This document shows, one piece after another, positions 15,885 to 25,524 of a stretch of DNA of 64,000 nucleotides (its first letter is position 1; each line of letters opens with the position of its first letter). A program made the position numbers and the translations under genes. Origin of the DNA: a virus (Duplodnaviria > Caudoviricetes); IMG/VR virus record IMGVR_UViG_3300044633_001982. One strand, given 5' to 3'. The notes beneath the pieces are model-generated. The model searched no databases. It saw nothing but the letters and a program-made list of their open reading frames with translations, and was not told the origin of the DNA.

Positions 15885-17447
15885 ATGGGAGTAGAAGAAT
15901 TACCAAATAACGGAAATAAATTTACAGGTTCAAGAATGATTGTACCTGGTGTTGGTTTAAATATTTATAAAGTTCAAAAAAACGATAAATTTGCAGTCAA
16001 AAGAAACCAATATGCGAATTCAATAAACGCATCCCCAACACCAACTCCTTCGTTTACCCCAACAAACACTCCTACACCAACTATTACTCCAACAAACACA
16101 ATGACCCCATCTGTTACTCCAACTCTAACGCCAACACCTTCAAGTACTCCCCCACTCCCTCCACAAACATTTGTTTTAAGTGGTAATTCAACAACTACTG
16201 TTGCTGGGACATTTTCAGTATCCTCAAGTGGTGGGTATATTGATTATGGTGATGGGGCGACAACTTCATTAACATTAGGTACAAATGTAATTAATCATAC
16301 ATATTCGTCACCATATACAGGAGTAATAACTATAAACTATTTTGGTAATATCACTTCATTAAATATTAATAATTGTGTACCTGATAATAGTACAGTGATA
16401 AATGTTAGTACATCTGAAATTGTTAATCTTACAAATATTACACAGTTAATATTATCTAGTGGAAGATTAACGGGACAATTTAGTGATTTTACACCATTAA
16501 CATTATTGACTAATTTAAATATTAAAAATGATTATACTGCAAGTGTAATTTCAGATATACCGCAAAATATTACACAGTTGATTTTAGGGGCTCAAGGGTA
16601 TACCACAATTAGTGGTAACATAAGTGCTTTGTCAGGTAATAATTTAACATTCCTTGGAATCTATGGTACAAATACCGTAAGTGGTAACATATCAACTTTA
16701 CAATCAACACTAAGTACTATTGCTATTTGGGGTTCTAATACAGTATCAGGAAATACATCTTCATTTAATTTCCCATCTTTAGATAATATAAATATACGTG
16801 GAAATAATACAATTGGTGGGGATGTTGTTAACCTACCTTCATCATTAACCAATCTTTATATTACAGGTAGTAATACATTATTTGGAAATATATCCGATAT
16901 CCCGATATTAATTAACAATTTGACTATAGATTCTTCCACTGGTGGAAATTTAACAGGTAATTTATCTGATTTACAACGAACTGGGTTTTATCTTATAACT
17001 TTGTCAGCACCTAATCATACATTTGGTCTTGATATTGACACGATGCCTGTTGTTTCAGGAACATCATTTTATGCGAGAGTTAATGGAGACTTAACTGGAG
17101 ACATATCAAATTTATTTGATTCAGGTTTAAGTTTCCCATTTTGTTCAATAACTATACAAAACGATAGTGGTACATCTTCAAGTATTTCATATACCCCAAG
17201 TACCTATCCATGGGGTTCTGTTAACCTTAAAACCTTTACAATTAATAGAAATGGAGGGTTATCAAGCACAATTGTAAATAATTTATTGATAGATATCGAT
17301 TCGTTTGGAGGTGGAATTACTTGGGGAACAAATCCTGCGTGTGCTGGAGGTAGTAGTATAAACCTAAAAGGTACCAGAACTTCAGCTTCTGACGCAGCGG
17401 TTACGAGTTTAAATGGTAAAGGAGTTACAGTTACAATTACCCCTTAA
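15885..17447 (+). CDS. Thr/Pro linker plus LRR-like beta-solenoid protein (probable virion appendage)
   Basis: ASPTPTPSFTPTNTPTP linker; ~22-aa repeats LxxLxIxGxNTVSGxIxxL; Asn/Thr/Ser/Gly-rich. Confidence 0.6.
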   Translation: MGVEELPNNGNKFTGSRMIVPGVGLNIYKVQKNDKFAVKRNQYANSINASPTPTPSFTPTNTPTPTITPTNTMTPSVTPTLTPTPSSTPPLPPQTFVLSGNSTTTVAGTFSVSSSGGYIDYGDGATTSLTLGTNVINHTYSSPYTGVITINYFGNITSLNINNCVPDNSTVINVSTSEIVNLTNITQLILSSGRLTGQFSDFTPLTLLTNLNIKNDYTASVISDIPQNITQLILGAQGYTTISGNISALSGNNLTFLGIYGTNTVSGNISTLQSTLSTIAIWGSNTVSGNTSSFNFPSLDNINIRGNNTIGGDVVNLPSSLTNLYITGSNTLFGNISDIPILINNLTIDSSTGGNLTGNLSDLQRTGFYLITLSAPNHTFGLDIDTMPVVSGTSFYARVNGDLTGDISNLFDSGLSFPFCSITIQNDSGTSSSISYTPSTYPWGSVNLKTFTINRNGGLSSTIVNNLLIDIDSFGGGITWGTNPACAGGSSINLKGTRTSASDAAVTSLNGKGVTVTITP

Positions 17448-17467
17448 TCTTTAATTTAATTTGAAAG

Positions 17468-17474
17468 TATTTAT
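17468..17474 (+). promoter_or_regulatory. Candidate late promoter TATTTAT
   Basis: 8 nt before the portal ATG. Confidence 0.6.
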
Positions 17475-17482
17475 ATTTAAGT

Positions 17483-19297
17483 ATGGCAGAAAAAAATTTT
17501 ACAGTTTGGCAAAGATTGACACAGGCGTTTGGTCCAAATTCTTTATTGAATCAAGATTATCCTAGTTTAAAATTTGACAAAAAAGAACTTCTAAAAACAA
17601 CTTCAAAAAGAGAGTATGAAAAAGAGTTGTTACAAGCTCAACAAACTTTTTATCTTTCGAATCAATGGACTAAAATTGAAAATAATTTATATACTCAAGC
17701 AACATATTATGAGCCAACAAGATTATCGGCTTTTTATGATTATGAGTCTATGGAATTTACTCCTGAAATATCGGCAGCGTTAGATATCTACGCTGAGGAG
17801 TCAACAACTGTAAATGAGGATGGTTTTATGTTACAAATTTATTCTGAATCAAATAGAATAAAATCAATATTGGCCGATTTATTTAATAATATTTTAGACA
17901 TCAATACAAACTTACCAATGTGGACAAGAAACACATGTAAGTATGGTGATAACTTTGTATATATCAAATTAGACCCTGAAAAAGGTGTAATTGGTTGTAT
18001 GCAATTACCAATCATCGAAATCGAAAGATTAGAAAGAGGTATGATGGCTAAAGGTAAGTCAATTGACGAGGACCCAACTAAAAAACATTTAAAATTCACA
18101 TGGAAACACAAAGACATGGAATTTAATACTTGGGAAATTGCTCACTTTAGATTATTGGGTGATGACAGAAGATTACCTTATGGTACGTCTATGTTGGAAA
18201 AGGCTCGTCGTATATGGAAACAATTGTTATTATCTGAAGATGCTATGTTAATCTATAGAACTTCAAGAGCCCCTGAAAGACGTGTGTTTAAAGTATTTGT
18301 TGGAAACATGGATGATAAGGACGTTGAACCATATATCCAAAGAGTCGCAAATAAGTTTAAAAGAGACCAAGTAGTTGATTCTAAAACAGGTAACGTTGAT
18401 ATGAGATTTAATCAAATGGCGGTTGACCAAGATTATTTTATTCCTGTACGTGACCCTGCACAAGCGTCTCCAATTGAAACACTACCTGGAGCTCAAAACT
18501 TATCTGAAATTGCGGACATTGAGTATATCCAAAAGAAATTATTAACTGCGTTACGTGTACCTAAAGCTTTCTTAGGATTTGAGGAAGTTGTTGGTGATGG
18601 TAAAAACTTAGCGTTACAAGATATTCGTTTTGCAAGAACAATCAACAGAATTCAAAAGAGTATGTTGCAAGAACTTAACAAAATTGGTATTATTCACTTG
18701 TTTATGTTAGGATTTGAAGATGAATTATCTAATTTTAGATTATCATTAACAAACCCATCTAAACAAGCCGACTTGTTAATGGTGGACATTTGGAAAGAAA
18801 AAATACTTCTTTACAAAGATATGGTTGCAGACCCTGGTTCAGGAATTGCTGCGGTATCACAGTCTTGGGCTAAAAAACATATCCTTGGATTTTCTGATGA
18901 AGAAATTAAACTCGATATTCAACAACAACGTATTGAAAAAGCAGTTGGTGAGGAGCTTAAGAAAACTGCTGAAGTCATAGTTAAAACAGGTTTATTTGAT
19001 AATATAGATAAACTATACGGTAAAAAAGAAGGTGAACCTGGCGGGGCTCCATCTGCACCGTCTGAGGGTGGTACACCTTCAGATTTAGGAGGAGGTGGTC
19101 CAATTGGAGGAGAAACCCCTCCACCACCCCCACCTGGAGGAGAAGCTCCCCCAACGGTACCTGAAAATTTAAATCCTAAGAATAAAGATTTAATTCTTGA
19201 AAAAGTTCTCAGAGAGGACGATGAGTTTGTGGACTTTGAAAAAAACAAAGATTCTATGAAAGAAATAAATGACACTTTAGAAAGATTACTAAAGTAA
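17483..19297 (+). CDS. Portal protein (T4 gp20-like)
   Basis: PEISAALDIYAEES, YGTSMLEKARRIWKQL, EDAMLIYRTSRAPERRVFKVFVGNM, DYFIPVR, IETLPGAQNL..IADIEY..KKL..ALRVP. Confidence 0.95.
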   Translation: MAEKNFTVWQRLTQAFGPNSLLNQDYPSLKFDKKELLKTTSKREYEKELLQAQQTFYLSNQWTKIENNLYTQATYYEPTRLSAFYDYESMEFTPEISAALDIYAEESTTVNEDGFMLQIYSESNRIKSILADLFNNILDINTNLPMWTRNTCKYGDNFVYIKLDPEKGVIGCMQLPIIEIERLERGMMAKGKSIDEDPTKKHLKFTWKHKDMEFNTWEIAHFRLLGDDRRLPYGTSMLEKARRIWKQLLLSEDAMLIYRTSRAPERRVFKVFVGNMDDKDVEPYIQRVANKFKRDQVVDSKTGNVDMRFNQMAVDQDYFIPVRDPAQASPIETLPGAQNLSEIADIEYIQKKLLTALRVPKAFLGFEEVVGDGKNLALQDIRFARTINRIQKSMLQELNKIGIIHLFMLGFEDELSNFRLSLTNPSKQADLLMVDIWKEKILLYKDMVADPGSGIAAVSQSWAKKHILGFSDEEIKLDIQQQRIEKAVGEELKKTAEVIVKTGLFDNIDKLYGKKEGEPGGAPSAPSEGGTPSDLGGGGPIGGETPPPPPPGGEAPPTVPENLNPKNKDLILEKVLREDDEFVDFEKNKDSMKEINDTLERLLK

Positions 19298-19300
19298 TAA

Positions 19301-19307
19301 TATTTAT
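19301..19307 (+). promoter_or_regulatory. Candidate late promoter TATTTAT
   Basis: 4 nt before ATG 19312. Confidence 0.6.
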
Positions 19308-19311
19308 AGTT

Positions 19312-20028
19312 ATGAAATTTGGACTTTATAAAACAGCAATAGAAAAAAAATTAGTTAACTCATTTGTTAGTGAGAATTTAACTAAAGACATGAAACAATT
19401 CAAAGATTTAGTTTTGAATTCTGAAGAAACTAAAACTTTATTTTTCATTTATGATAAATTAAATGAAAATTTAGGTTTAGATAAAGATAGTGCAAATATT
19501 CTTGTTGATGAAGTTATCAAAGAAACTAAAGACATTATTATTCCAAATAACCATTTAGAAAAATTAAATAAATGGTTAAAAAATGAATTATCTGAGTCAG
19601 AATATTCTCACATAGATAAAATTTTAAACACAAATATTAATAAAATTGAAGAAAGGATTGAAAGTAGAAAAATTGTTGTTGAAAATCTAATGAAAGAAAA
19701 ACAAACAAAAAAAACTACCCCTAAATTACCTATATCATCTTTAAAGAAAATTGCAAACTCAGTAGCTTCAAAATATCTATCTAACTTAGACGAATCAACT
19801 CAAAAAGAAGTCATTTCATTACTTAAAGAAAATGAAGACGTTTTAGAAATTAAATTTAATGAGGAAAAAGAACAAGTTATATCTAAATTAAATTCCCTTA
19901 TTGAGTCAGAAACAGAAGAAGAGACTAAGAAAAAAATAAATGAGACTAAAGAAAAAGTCACATCTACAATTTTTTCAGTTAACGAATTAATTAAAATTAA
20001 AGAACTAAATTCACATTTGGTTCTCTAA
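19312..20028 (+). CDS. Hypothetical protein of the head module
   Basis: 238-aa ORF between portal and protease. Confidence 0.75.
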   Translation: MKFGLYKTAIEKKLVNSFVSENLTKDMKQFKDLVLNSEETKTLFFIYDKLNENLGLDKDSANILVDEVIKETKDIIIPNNHLEKLNKWLKNELSESEYSHIDKILNTNINKIEERIESRKIVVENLMKEKQTKKTTPKLPISSLKKIANSVASKYLSNLDESTQKEVISLLKENEDVLEIKFNEEKEQVISKLNSLIESETEEETKKKINETKEKVTSTIFSVNELIKIKELNSHLVL

Positions 20029-20199
20029 TTTTGATTGTAGGTAAATAGCCTTTCTTTTTTCCTCTCTTTTAGTTGTACTTTTCTTAGCAAAATACTTTCT
20101 TTTAGTTAATTCTTTAACTTGTTTAACTTTGATAACTTTACTTTTAAGTTCTTTCAAAGCCTTTTCAATGTTTTGATTTTTTACTTTTACAATTAGCAT
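20011..20199 (-). CDS. rpsU: Ribosomal protein bS21
   Basis: MLIVKVKNQNIEKALKELKSKV...ELTKRKYFAKKSTTKREEKRKAIYLQ follows the Bacteroidota bS21 pattern (MLII.V....IE.ALK..K.K......EL..R..F.K.S..RR...KA.Y). Confidence 0.88.
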   Translation of the reverse strand: MLIVKVKNQNIEKALKELKSKVIKVKQVKELTKRKYFAKKSTTKREEKRKAIYLQSKLENQM

Positions 20200-20212
20200 T
20201 TTTTCTTTTTGA

Positions 20213-20244
20213 CAAAAATATTAAAGTTTATTATATTTTCCAAA
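20213..20244 (-). promoter_or_regulatory. Bacteroidota sigma-A type promoter (rpsU)
   Basis: TTTG-N20-TATTTTTG, 13 nt before the ATG; overlaps a divergent TTGACA-N17-TATATT at 20209-20237. Confidence 0.6.
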
Positions 20245-20270
20245 AATAAACGTATGAATTATGAACACAA

Positions 20271-20729
20271 ATGAAGAAGGGAAAATCGGTATCTGTCAAA
20301 GGGTACAAAAAATTCAAGGCAAATTATGGAACAGTAGATTCTAAAAATTTAAAATCTTTTTATATAAATATACAATCATGGTTAACACCAAAGAAAGATG
20401 AGGAAAATTGGGAAAGAATTGTCATGAATTTTAATAGGTCAATTAGACACACAATTTATGAAATACTAAATTTTGATTTTATTGACACTAATTTTATAGT
20501 TGATACGGATTTAAGAAGTAGTGGACTTTCAGTCAATAAAAGTTCTTTTATGAACTTAGAAATAACTTTCTATATTAAAAATATAAATGATTTCAAATCT
20601 CCAATAATTAAAGATTTTGTTAAAACAATTATTGATTTAATTGATTCAGAAAATTTTAAAAACAACAAAAATTTTGTTTTTAACTTAACTAAAACAAACA
20701 AAACAAAAGTGAATAATATTTATTTATAA
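20271..20729 (+). CDS. Hypothetical protein
   Basis: 152-aa ORF divergent from rpsU. Confidence 0.75.
   Translation: MKKGKSVSVKGYKKFKANYGTVDSKNLKSFYINIQSWLTPKKDEENWERIVMNFNRSIRHTIYEILNFDFIDTNFIVDTDLRSSGLSVNKSSFMNLEITFYIKNINDFKSPIIKDFVKTIIDLIDSENFKNNKNFVFNLTKTNKTKVNNIYL
20721..20727 (+). promoter_or_regulatory. Candidate late promoter TATTTAT
   Basis: 10 nt before the protease ATG; overlapping copy at 20717. Confidence 0.55.
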
Positions 20730-20737
20730 AATTCACA

Positions 20738-21457
20738 ATGCAAGATTTGAAAATTTTAGGTCCAAAAGATTCAGGTAAAGGAATACTGATAGAAATGGAT
20801 GCGGGATATATCTCACCGACAGAGTCTCGTAACTTGGCGGTAATACAAGAAAGTAAATCGGCTTTAGACTATTCAAAACCTTTTGAGTTCTATGCTGTTT
20901 TACAAAAATATAATACACCAAACAGAAATGGTAGAATTTATCCTGAAAAAATATTAAAAAGAGAAGTTGAAAATTATAAAAAAAATTATATATCAAAAGG
21001 AACCGCTCTTTCGGAATTAAACCATCCTGAATCATCATTAATTGATTTAGATAGAGTTTCTCACATAATCACTGAAATGTGGTGGGATGGTCATATATTA
21101 CTTGGTAAATTAAAACTTTTAACATCACCTGGGTTTCACGAAAGAGGAATTGTATCAACAAAAGGAGACCAAGCCGCAAATCTTTTAAGACAAGGTGTTA
21201 CATTAGGGATATCATCAAGAGGAGTCGGTTCGTTAGTTAAAAAGGGGGAACAAAATGAAGTACAAGAAGATTTTGAACTAATTTGTTTTGACTTAGTATC
21301 ATCACCATCTACTCCAGGAGCATATCTTTTCCAAGATATGGCTGATAAACACAAGTACGAAGAAAATTTGCAAGAAGAACAATTACAAAAAGCTGAAAGG
21401 TCAACAACAAAATCACTTGATTTAATGAAAAAACTTAACGATTATTTATCAAAATAA
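20738..21457 (+). CDS. Prohead core protease (T4 gp21-like)
   Basis: NRNGRIYP, ALSELNHP, DLDRVSH, LGISSRGVGS, DLVSSPSTPGA. Confidence 0.95.
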   Translation: MQDLKILGPKDSGKGILIEMDAGYISPTESRNLAVIQESKSALDYSKPFEFYAVLQKYNTPNRNGRIYPEKILKREVENYKKNYISKGTALSELNHPESSLIDLDRVSHIITEMWWDGHILLGKLKLLTSPGFHERGIVSTKGDQAANLLRQGVTLGISSRGVGSLVKKGEQNEVQEDFELICFDLVSSPSTPGAYLFQDMADKHKYEENLQEEQLQKAERSTTKSLDLMKKLNDYLSK

Positions 21458-21463
21458 TTTATT

Positions 21464-21679
21464 ATGGAAATGGACGAAAAATATTTTGTTGCAAAAATTC
21501 AGTACGATTTACCCGATGAAAATTCAGGTAAAATAAAAAAAGTAAGAGAAGAGAAATTAGTTAAAGGTTACAACGTCACAGATGTTGAGGCTAAAGTAAC
21601 TAAAGCCTATGAATCGTTCTCTTATGATTGGAGAATTACATCAGTCGCTGAAAGTAAGATTGATGAAATTTTCGAATAA
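21464..21679 (+). CDS. Small hypothetical protein
   Basis: 71-aa ORF after the protease. Confidence 0.75.
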   Translation: MEMDEKYFVAKIQYDLPDENSGKIKKVREEKLVKGYNVTDVEAKVTKAYESFSYDWRITSVAESKIDEIFE

Positions 21680-21701
21680 GTATTAATTTTTAAAGTTTAT
21701 G

Positions 21702-21727
21702 AAAAAGGAGGGATTACCCTCCTTTTT
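21702..21727 (+). terminator. Intrinsic terminator
   Basis: AAAAAGGAGGG-ATTA-CCCTCCTTTTT. Confidence 0.8.
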
Positions 21728-21770
21728 TATTTTATTTACATTATGTGGTGAATTTTTCTAAAGTACTGAA

Positions 21771-21777
21771 TATTTAT
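21771..21777 (+). promoter_or_regulatory. Candidate late promoter TATTTAT
   Basis: 6 nt before ATG 21784, directly after a terminator. Confidence 0.6.
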
Positions 21778-21783
21778 CAAAAA

Positions 21784-23400
21784 ATGCAAAAAATGGCAGA
21801 AAATAAAAACTTAGTTGAAGAAGCGGTAATCCAATTAAAAAATTTGGAAGAAGCTATCAATGAAAACGCAAAAGAAATACTTGAGTCAACAATGAAGCAA
21901 GAAATTAGCGAGCTTGTAAAGGAGTCTTTAAAAGAGGCTGAAGAAGAAGAGGAAACTGAAGATTTTGAAGAAGAATCTGATGAATCGGAAGAAGAAGAAT
22001 CTGATGAATTTGAAATGGAAGACGAAGAAGGTTCTGAAGAAGAATTTGATGAGTTTGAAATGGATGATGAAGAAGAGTCTGACGAAGAAGGTTTTGAAGA
22101 TGAAATGGGACAGGATGATGAAGTAATTGATTTTACACAAATGCCTGATTCTGATGAAACTCAAGATTTGTTATTAACAGTTTTCAAAAAAATGAAACCA
22201 GAAGATGAAGTCGAAATCCAAAAAGACGGGGAGTATGCACATTTGAAAGACGGTGACGATGAGTACCTTATTCCAATGAACGAATCTCGTGAGGATGATG
22301 ACGATGACAATGACGACGAAGAATTTGAGTCAGAGTTAGAAGAAACTATCTATGAAATTTCTATGGACGACGAAACAGGTGAAATGGAAGAACAATGGCA
22401 AGGTTTGGCCGCTGATATGGCAATTGCCGCAGCACCAGTTATTGCTGACAAAATGTTTGGAGACGATGAAGAAGAAGAATTAGAAGAAACTATTTACGAA
22501 CTTCACATGGATGGTGAAGATGGTGAAGATGATGATGAACTTCCTTCTCCTCCAAAAGAAGAAAGACCTGGTGGGATGTTTTATGAAAGAGACATGGATG
22601 TTGAGTATGAAGAAGATGAAGATGATGATATGGAAGACGGATACGAAGAATTTCCAATGGATGATTTAGAAGAAATGGATTATCAATCTGAAGAATATAC
22701 AGAAGAAATGATGCATGAGACTACTAAACCAAAAGTTGGTAAGGGTGGTAAAATCGGAAAACCTAAATTTTCATACAAGAAAACTACTGGTGGTTTTAAA
22801 GAAAAAATGACAGCCGCTAATCCTACAAAAGGTACAGGTAAACCAAAGTTTGAATACAAAGAATCAACTAAAAAAATGAAGAAAGGTGAATTTAAAGAAG
22901 CTTCTCGTACATTAGGTTCAGGTTCAAAATTTAGAAAAGGTGGTCTACCGAAACCAGCCGCTCATTCGGCATTCAATATTAATATTGAAGAACACTATTC
23001 TTTGATGGAAGAAGTAGAAATGTTGAGAGCTAAAAATGAAGAGTACAGAAAAGCTTTGAATATTTTCAGAGACAAACTTAACGAAGTTGCTGTATTCAAT
23101 TCAAATTTAGCGTACACTACAAGATTATTTACTGAACACACAACATCAAAGCAAGAAAAAATAAATGTTTTAAGAAGATTTGATTCTGTAGAAACACTTA
23201 AAGAATCTAAAAATCTATATAAAACTATTAAGGACGAACTTTCATCAACTACTAAAGGAAAAATCACTGAGTCAATCGAAAAAGTAATGGACAACGAACC
23301 AGTAATTACAGGTTCTGCTCAAAACTTAATTGAATCTAAGACTTACGAAAATCCTCAGTTTATGAGAATGAAGGACTTAATGACAAAAATAATAAAATAA
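21784..23400 (+). CDS. Prohead scaffold/core protein (T4 gp22-like)
   Basis: Very acidic coiled-coil protein between protease and MCP; LNEVAVFNSNLAYTTRLF; start likely 21784 or 21793 rather than 21745. Confidence 0.75.
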   Translation: MQKMAENKNLVEEAVIQLKNLEEAINENAKEILESTMKQEISELVKESLKEAEEEEETEDFEEESDESEEEESDEFEMEDEEGSEEEFDEFEMDDEEESDEEGFEDEMGQDDEVIDFTQMPDSDETQDLLLTVFKKMKPEDEVEIQKDGEYAHLKDGDDEYLIPMNESREDDDDDNDDEEFESELEETIYEISMDDETGEMEEQWQGLAADMAIAAAPVIADKMFGDDEEEELEETIYELHMDGEDGEDDDELPSPPKEERPGGMFYERDMDVEYEEDEDDDMEDGYEEFPMDDLEEMDYQSEEYTEEMMHETTKPKVGKGGKIGKPKFSYKKTTGGFKEKMTAANPTKGTGKPKFEYKESTKKMKKGEFKEASRTLGSGSKFRKGGLPKPAAHSAFNINIEEHYSLMEEVEMLRAKNEEYRKALNIFRDKLNEVAVFNSNLAYTTRLFTEHTTSKQEKINVLRRFDSVETLKESKNLYKTIKDELSSTTKGKITESIEKVMDNEPVITGSAQNLIESKTYENPQFMRMKDLMTKIIK

Positions 23401-23426
23401 ACAATTAATAAAAATCCAAAAATAAA

Positions 23427-25220
23427 ATGGGAGCATTATTAGAATCAGGTCTTGTTGGTAACATCGGTCTTAAGCACCTTAAAGTTATCAAAGAAGATAC
23501 TATTAACAAATGGGACAAATTAGGGTTCCTTGAAGGTCTTCGTGGCCACCTAAAAGAAAACGTAGCACAATTATATGAGAACCAAGCTTCTCACTTAATC
23601 AACGAAGCTACTTCAGACGGAAATTCAGGTTCATTTGAAACTGTTGTTTTCCCGATTATCAGACGTGTATTCTCTAAATTATTAGCGAATGAAATCGTTT
23701 CTGTACAAGCGATGAACTTACCAATCGGTAAATTGTTCTTCTTTGTACCAAAAATCCAAGGTTACACTGGTACAACTCAGTTAACTAATGATACTACATC
23801 TCCATGGGCTCACAGAGCACCTGTAGGAGCACCTGGTAACTATCCTGGTGACCCAAATGCAGGTTATAATGATGCTGCAGCTTTCACTAAGAATCTTTAT
23901 GATTTGTATTATGAAGGTAATGAGGCGGCTTTAGACCCACCTGGATTGTATGATTACTCAAAAGGACGTTGGTCAGCGACTACTGCGGCGACTTTCACTC
24001 AAGTATGGACAGGACAAAGATTAGTACAATCAGGTTATCCAAGTACTACTTACAGAAAAGTAATCGTTTCTTTATCTGGTTTCAGTACTTCAGGTGAAGG
24101 TAGATTAGTTGGTCCTGAAGGTAACCAAATGGATACTGAGGATTTCTTAGCAAGTTTACGTTTAGTTTCTTCAGCAAATACACAAAACCCATTATTGTTC
24201 AGAGTTGTTACTCAAGTATACGGTCAAGGTATTGTTAACTACGGTTCACAATCACAAGCTGCTTGGCCAACTCAAGGTAACGGTGGTTACTACAATAACA
24301 TTTGTAGTGCATCTGGTGTTATCTACTTAGAAGTTGATTTAAGTGTACCTTGTTCTGTAACTGATAACAGTTTAGATGGTTATTCAGGTTCTACATTCGC
24401 AGCTGACACAGCCACTGGTTCTATCATTGCGGTTTATAAAATCTATGAAGAACTTGAGTTTGAAGACGCTATCGGTGAAGTTTCTTTTGAATTAGATTCA
24501 GTAACTGTTACTGTAACTGAAAGAAAGTTAAGAGCTCAGTGGTCTCCTGAATTGGCTCAAGACGTTGCGGCATTCCACAACATCGATGCTGAGGCTGAAT
24601 TAACAGCTTTATTATCTGAACAAGTTGCGGCTGAAATCGACCGTGAAATCTTACGTGACTTACGTAAAGGTGCAGCTTGGCAATTACGTTGGGATTACAA
24701 CGGATGGAAGAGAGGAACTGCAGCTAACCCATTAACTCAGTACACTCAAAAAGACTGGAACCAAACATTGATTACTGCAATCAACCAATTGTCAGCACAA
24801 ATCCACAAGTCAACACTTCGTGGTGGAGCTAACTGGATTGTTGTATCTTCTGAGGTTTCTGCAATCTTCGATGACTTAGAATACTTCCACGTATCTAACG
24901 CTTCTCCTGAGCAAGACCAATACAACATGGGTATTGAGAGAGTTGGTACTTTAGCTGGTCGTTACCAAGTATACCGTGACCCTTACTTCCCGCCAAACCA
25001 AGTTTTGATTGGACACAAGGGTACTTCATTACTTGACACTGGTTACGTTTACGCACCATATGTACCTCTACAATTAACTCCAACTATGTACAATCCATTC
25101 AACTTCACACCTATCAAAGGTATCATGACACGTTACGCTAAGAAGATGGTTAACAACCGTTTCTACGGACGTATCACAGTTGACGGTGTACGTACATTTG
25201 ACTTGAGAGAGTTAAGATAA
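23427..25220 (+). CDS. Major capsid protein (T4 gp23-like)
   Basis: FPIIRRVFSKLLANEIVSVQAMNLPIGKLF, RKLRAQWSPELAQD..AFH.IDAEAEL...LSEQVAAEIDREI, YAPYVPL, GIMTRY. Confidence 0.97.
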   Translation: MGALLESGLVGNIGLKHLKVIKEDTINKWDKLGFLEGLRGHLKENVAQLYENQASHLINEATSDGNSGSFETVVFPIIRRVFSKLLANEIVSVQAMNLPIGKLFFFVPKIQGYTGTTQLTNDTTSPWAHRAPVGAPGNYPGDPNAGYNDAAAFTKNLYDLYYEGNEAALDPPGLYDYSKGRWSATTAATFTQVWTGQRLVQSGYPSTTYRKVIVSLSGFSTSGEGRLVGPEGNQMDTEDFLASLRLVSSANTQNPLLFRVVTQVYGQGIVNYGSQSQAAWPTQGNGGYYNNICSASGVIYLEVDLSVPCSVTDNSLDGYSGSTFAADTATGSIIAVYKIYEELEFEDAIGEVSFELDSVTVTVTERKLRAQWSPELAQDVAAFHNIDAEAELTALLSEQVAAEIDREILRDLRKGAAWQLRWDYNGWKRGTAANPLTQYTQKDWNQTLITAINQLSAQIHKSTLRGGANWIVVSSEVSAIFDDLEYFHVSNASPEQDQYNMGIERVGTLAGRYQVYRDPYFPPNQVLIGHKGTSLLDTGYVYAPYVPLQLTPTMYNPFNFTPIKGIMTRYAKKMVNNRFYGRITVDGVRTFDLRELR

Positions 25221-25239
25221 TCTATCTTAAACCAAATAT

Positions 25240-25267
25240 AAAAAGGTCAGAGAAATCTGACCTTTTT
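25240..25267 (+). terminator. Intrinsic terminator after the MCP gene
   Basis: AAAAAGGTCAGA-GAAA-TCTGACCTTTTT. Confidence 0.85.
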
Positions 25268-25318
25268 TATTTATTAAACTATTTATAAAATATTAAATAA
25301 AAATTAAGAAATACAATT

Positions 25319-25507
25319 ATGGCAATATTAAGTGCAAATACATTCTATAACTACACTAATGAAAAACAAGGAGCGTTTAATGGAGGTGTTTACTCAGGTA
25401 GTACACAAGTTCCACATCCTATTGCGGGTAGTCCGACAAACTCTAATGACATTATAGTTGATTATAGTGCGGTTACTTTAGGAGGATTTAATGGTTTAAA
25501 TAGTTAA
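25319..25507 (+). CDS. Small hypothetical protein (possible capsid decoration)
   Basis: 62-aa Gly/Asn/Ser-rich ORF after the MCP; TATTTAT at 25268 and 25280. Confidence 0.6.
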   Translation: MAILSANTFYNYTNEKQGAFNGGVYSGSTQVPHPIAGSPTNSNDIIVDYSAVTLGGFNGLNS

Positions 25508-25524
25508 CAATTATAATTTAATTG

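Noticed and set aside
14127-25220. Inteins or self-splicing introns in terminase, portal or MCP
   Set aside because: No C/S...HN intein ends, homing-endonuclease inserts or frame interruptions were seen; lengths are plausible.
25212-25230. Hairpin TTAAGATA-ATC-TATCTTAA over the MCP stop codon as a readthrough or frameshift signal
   Set aside because: Weak AT-rich stem, and a strong terminator follows within about 10 nt, leaving no extension frame of note.
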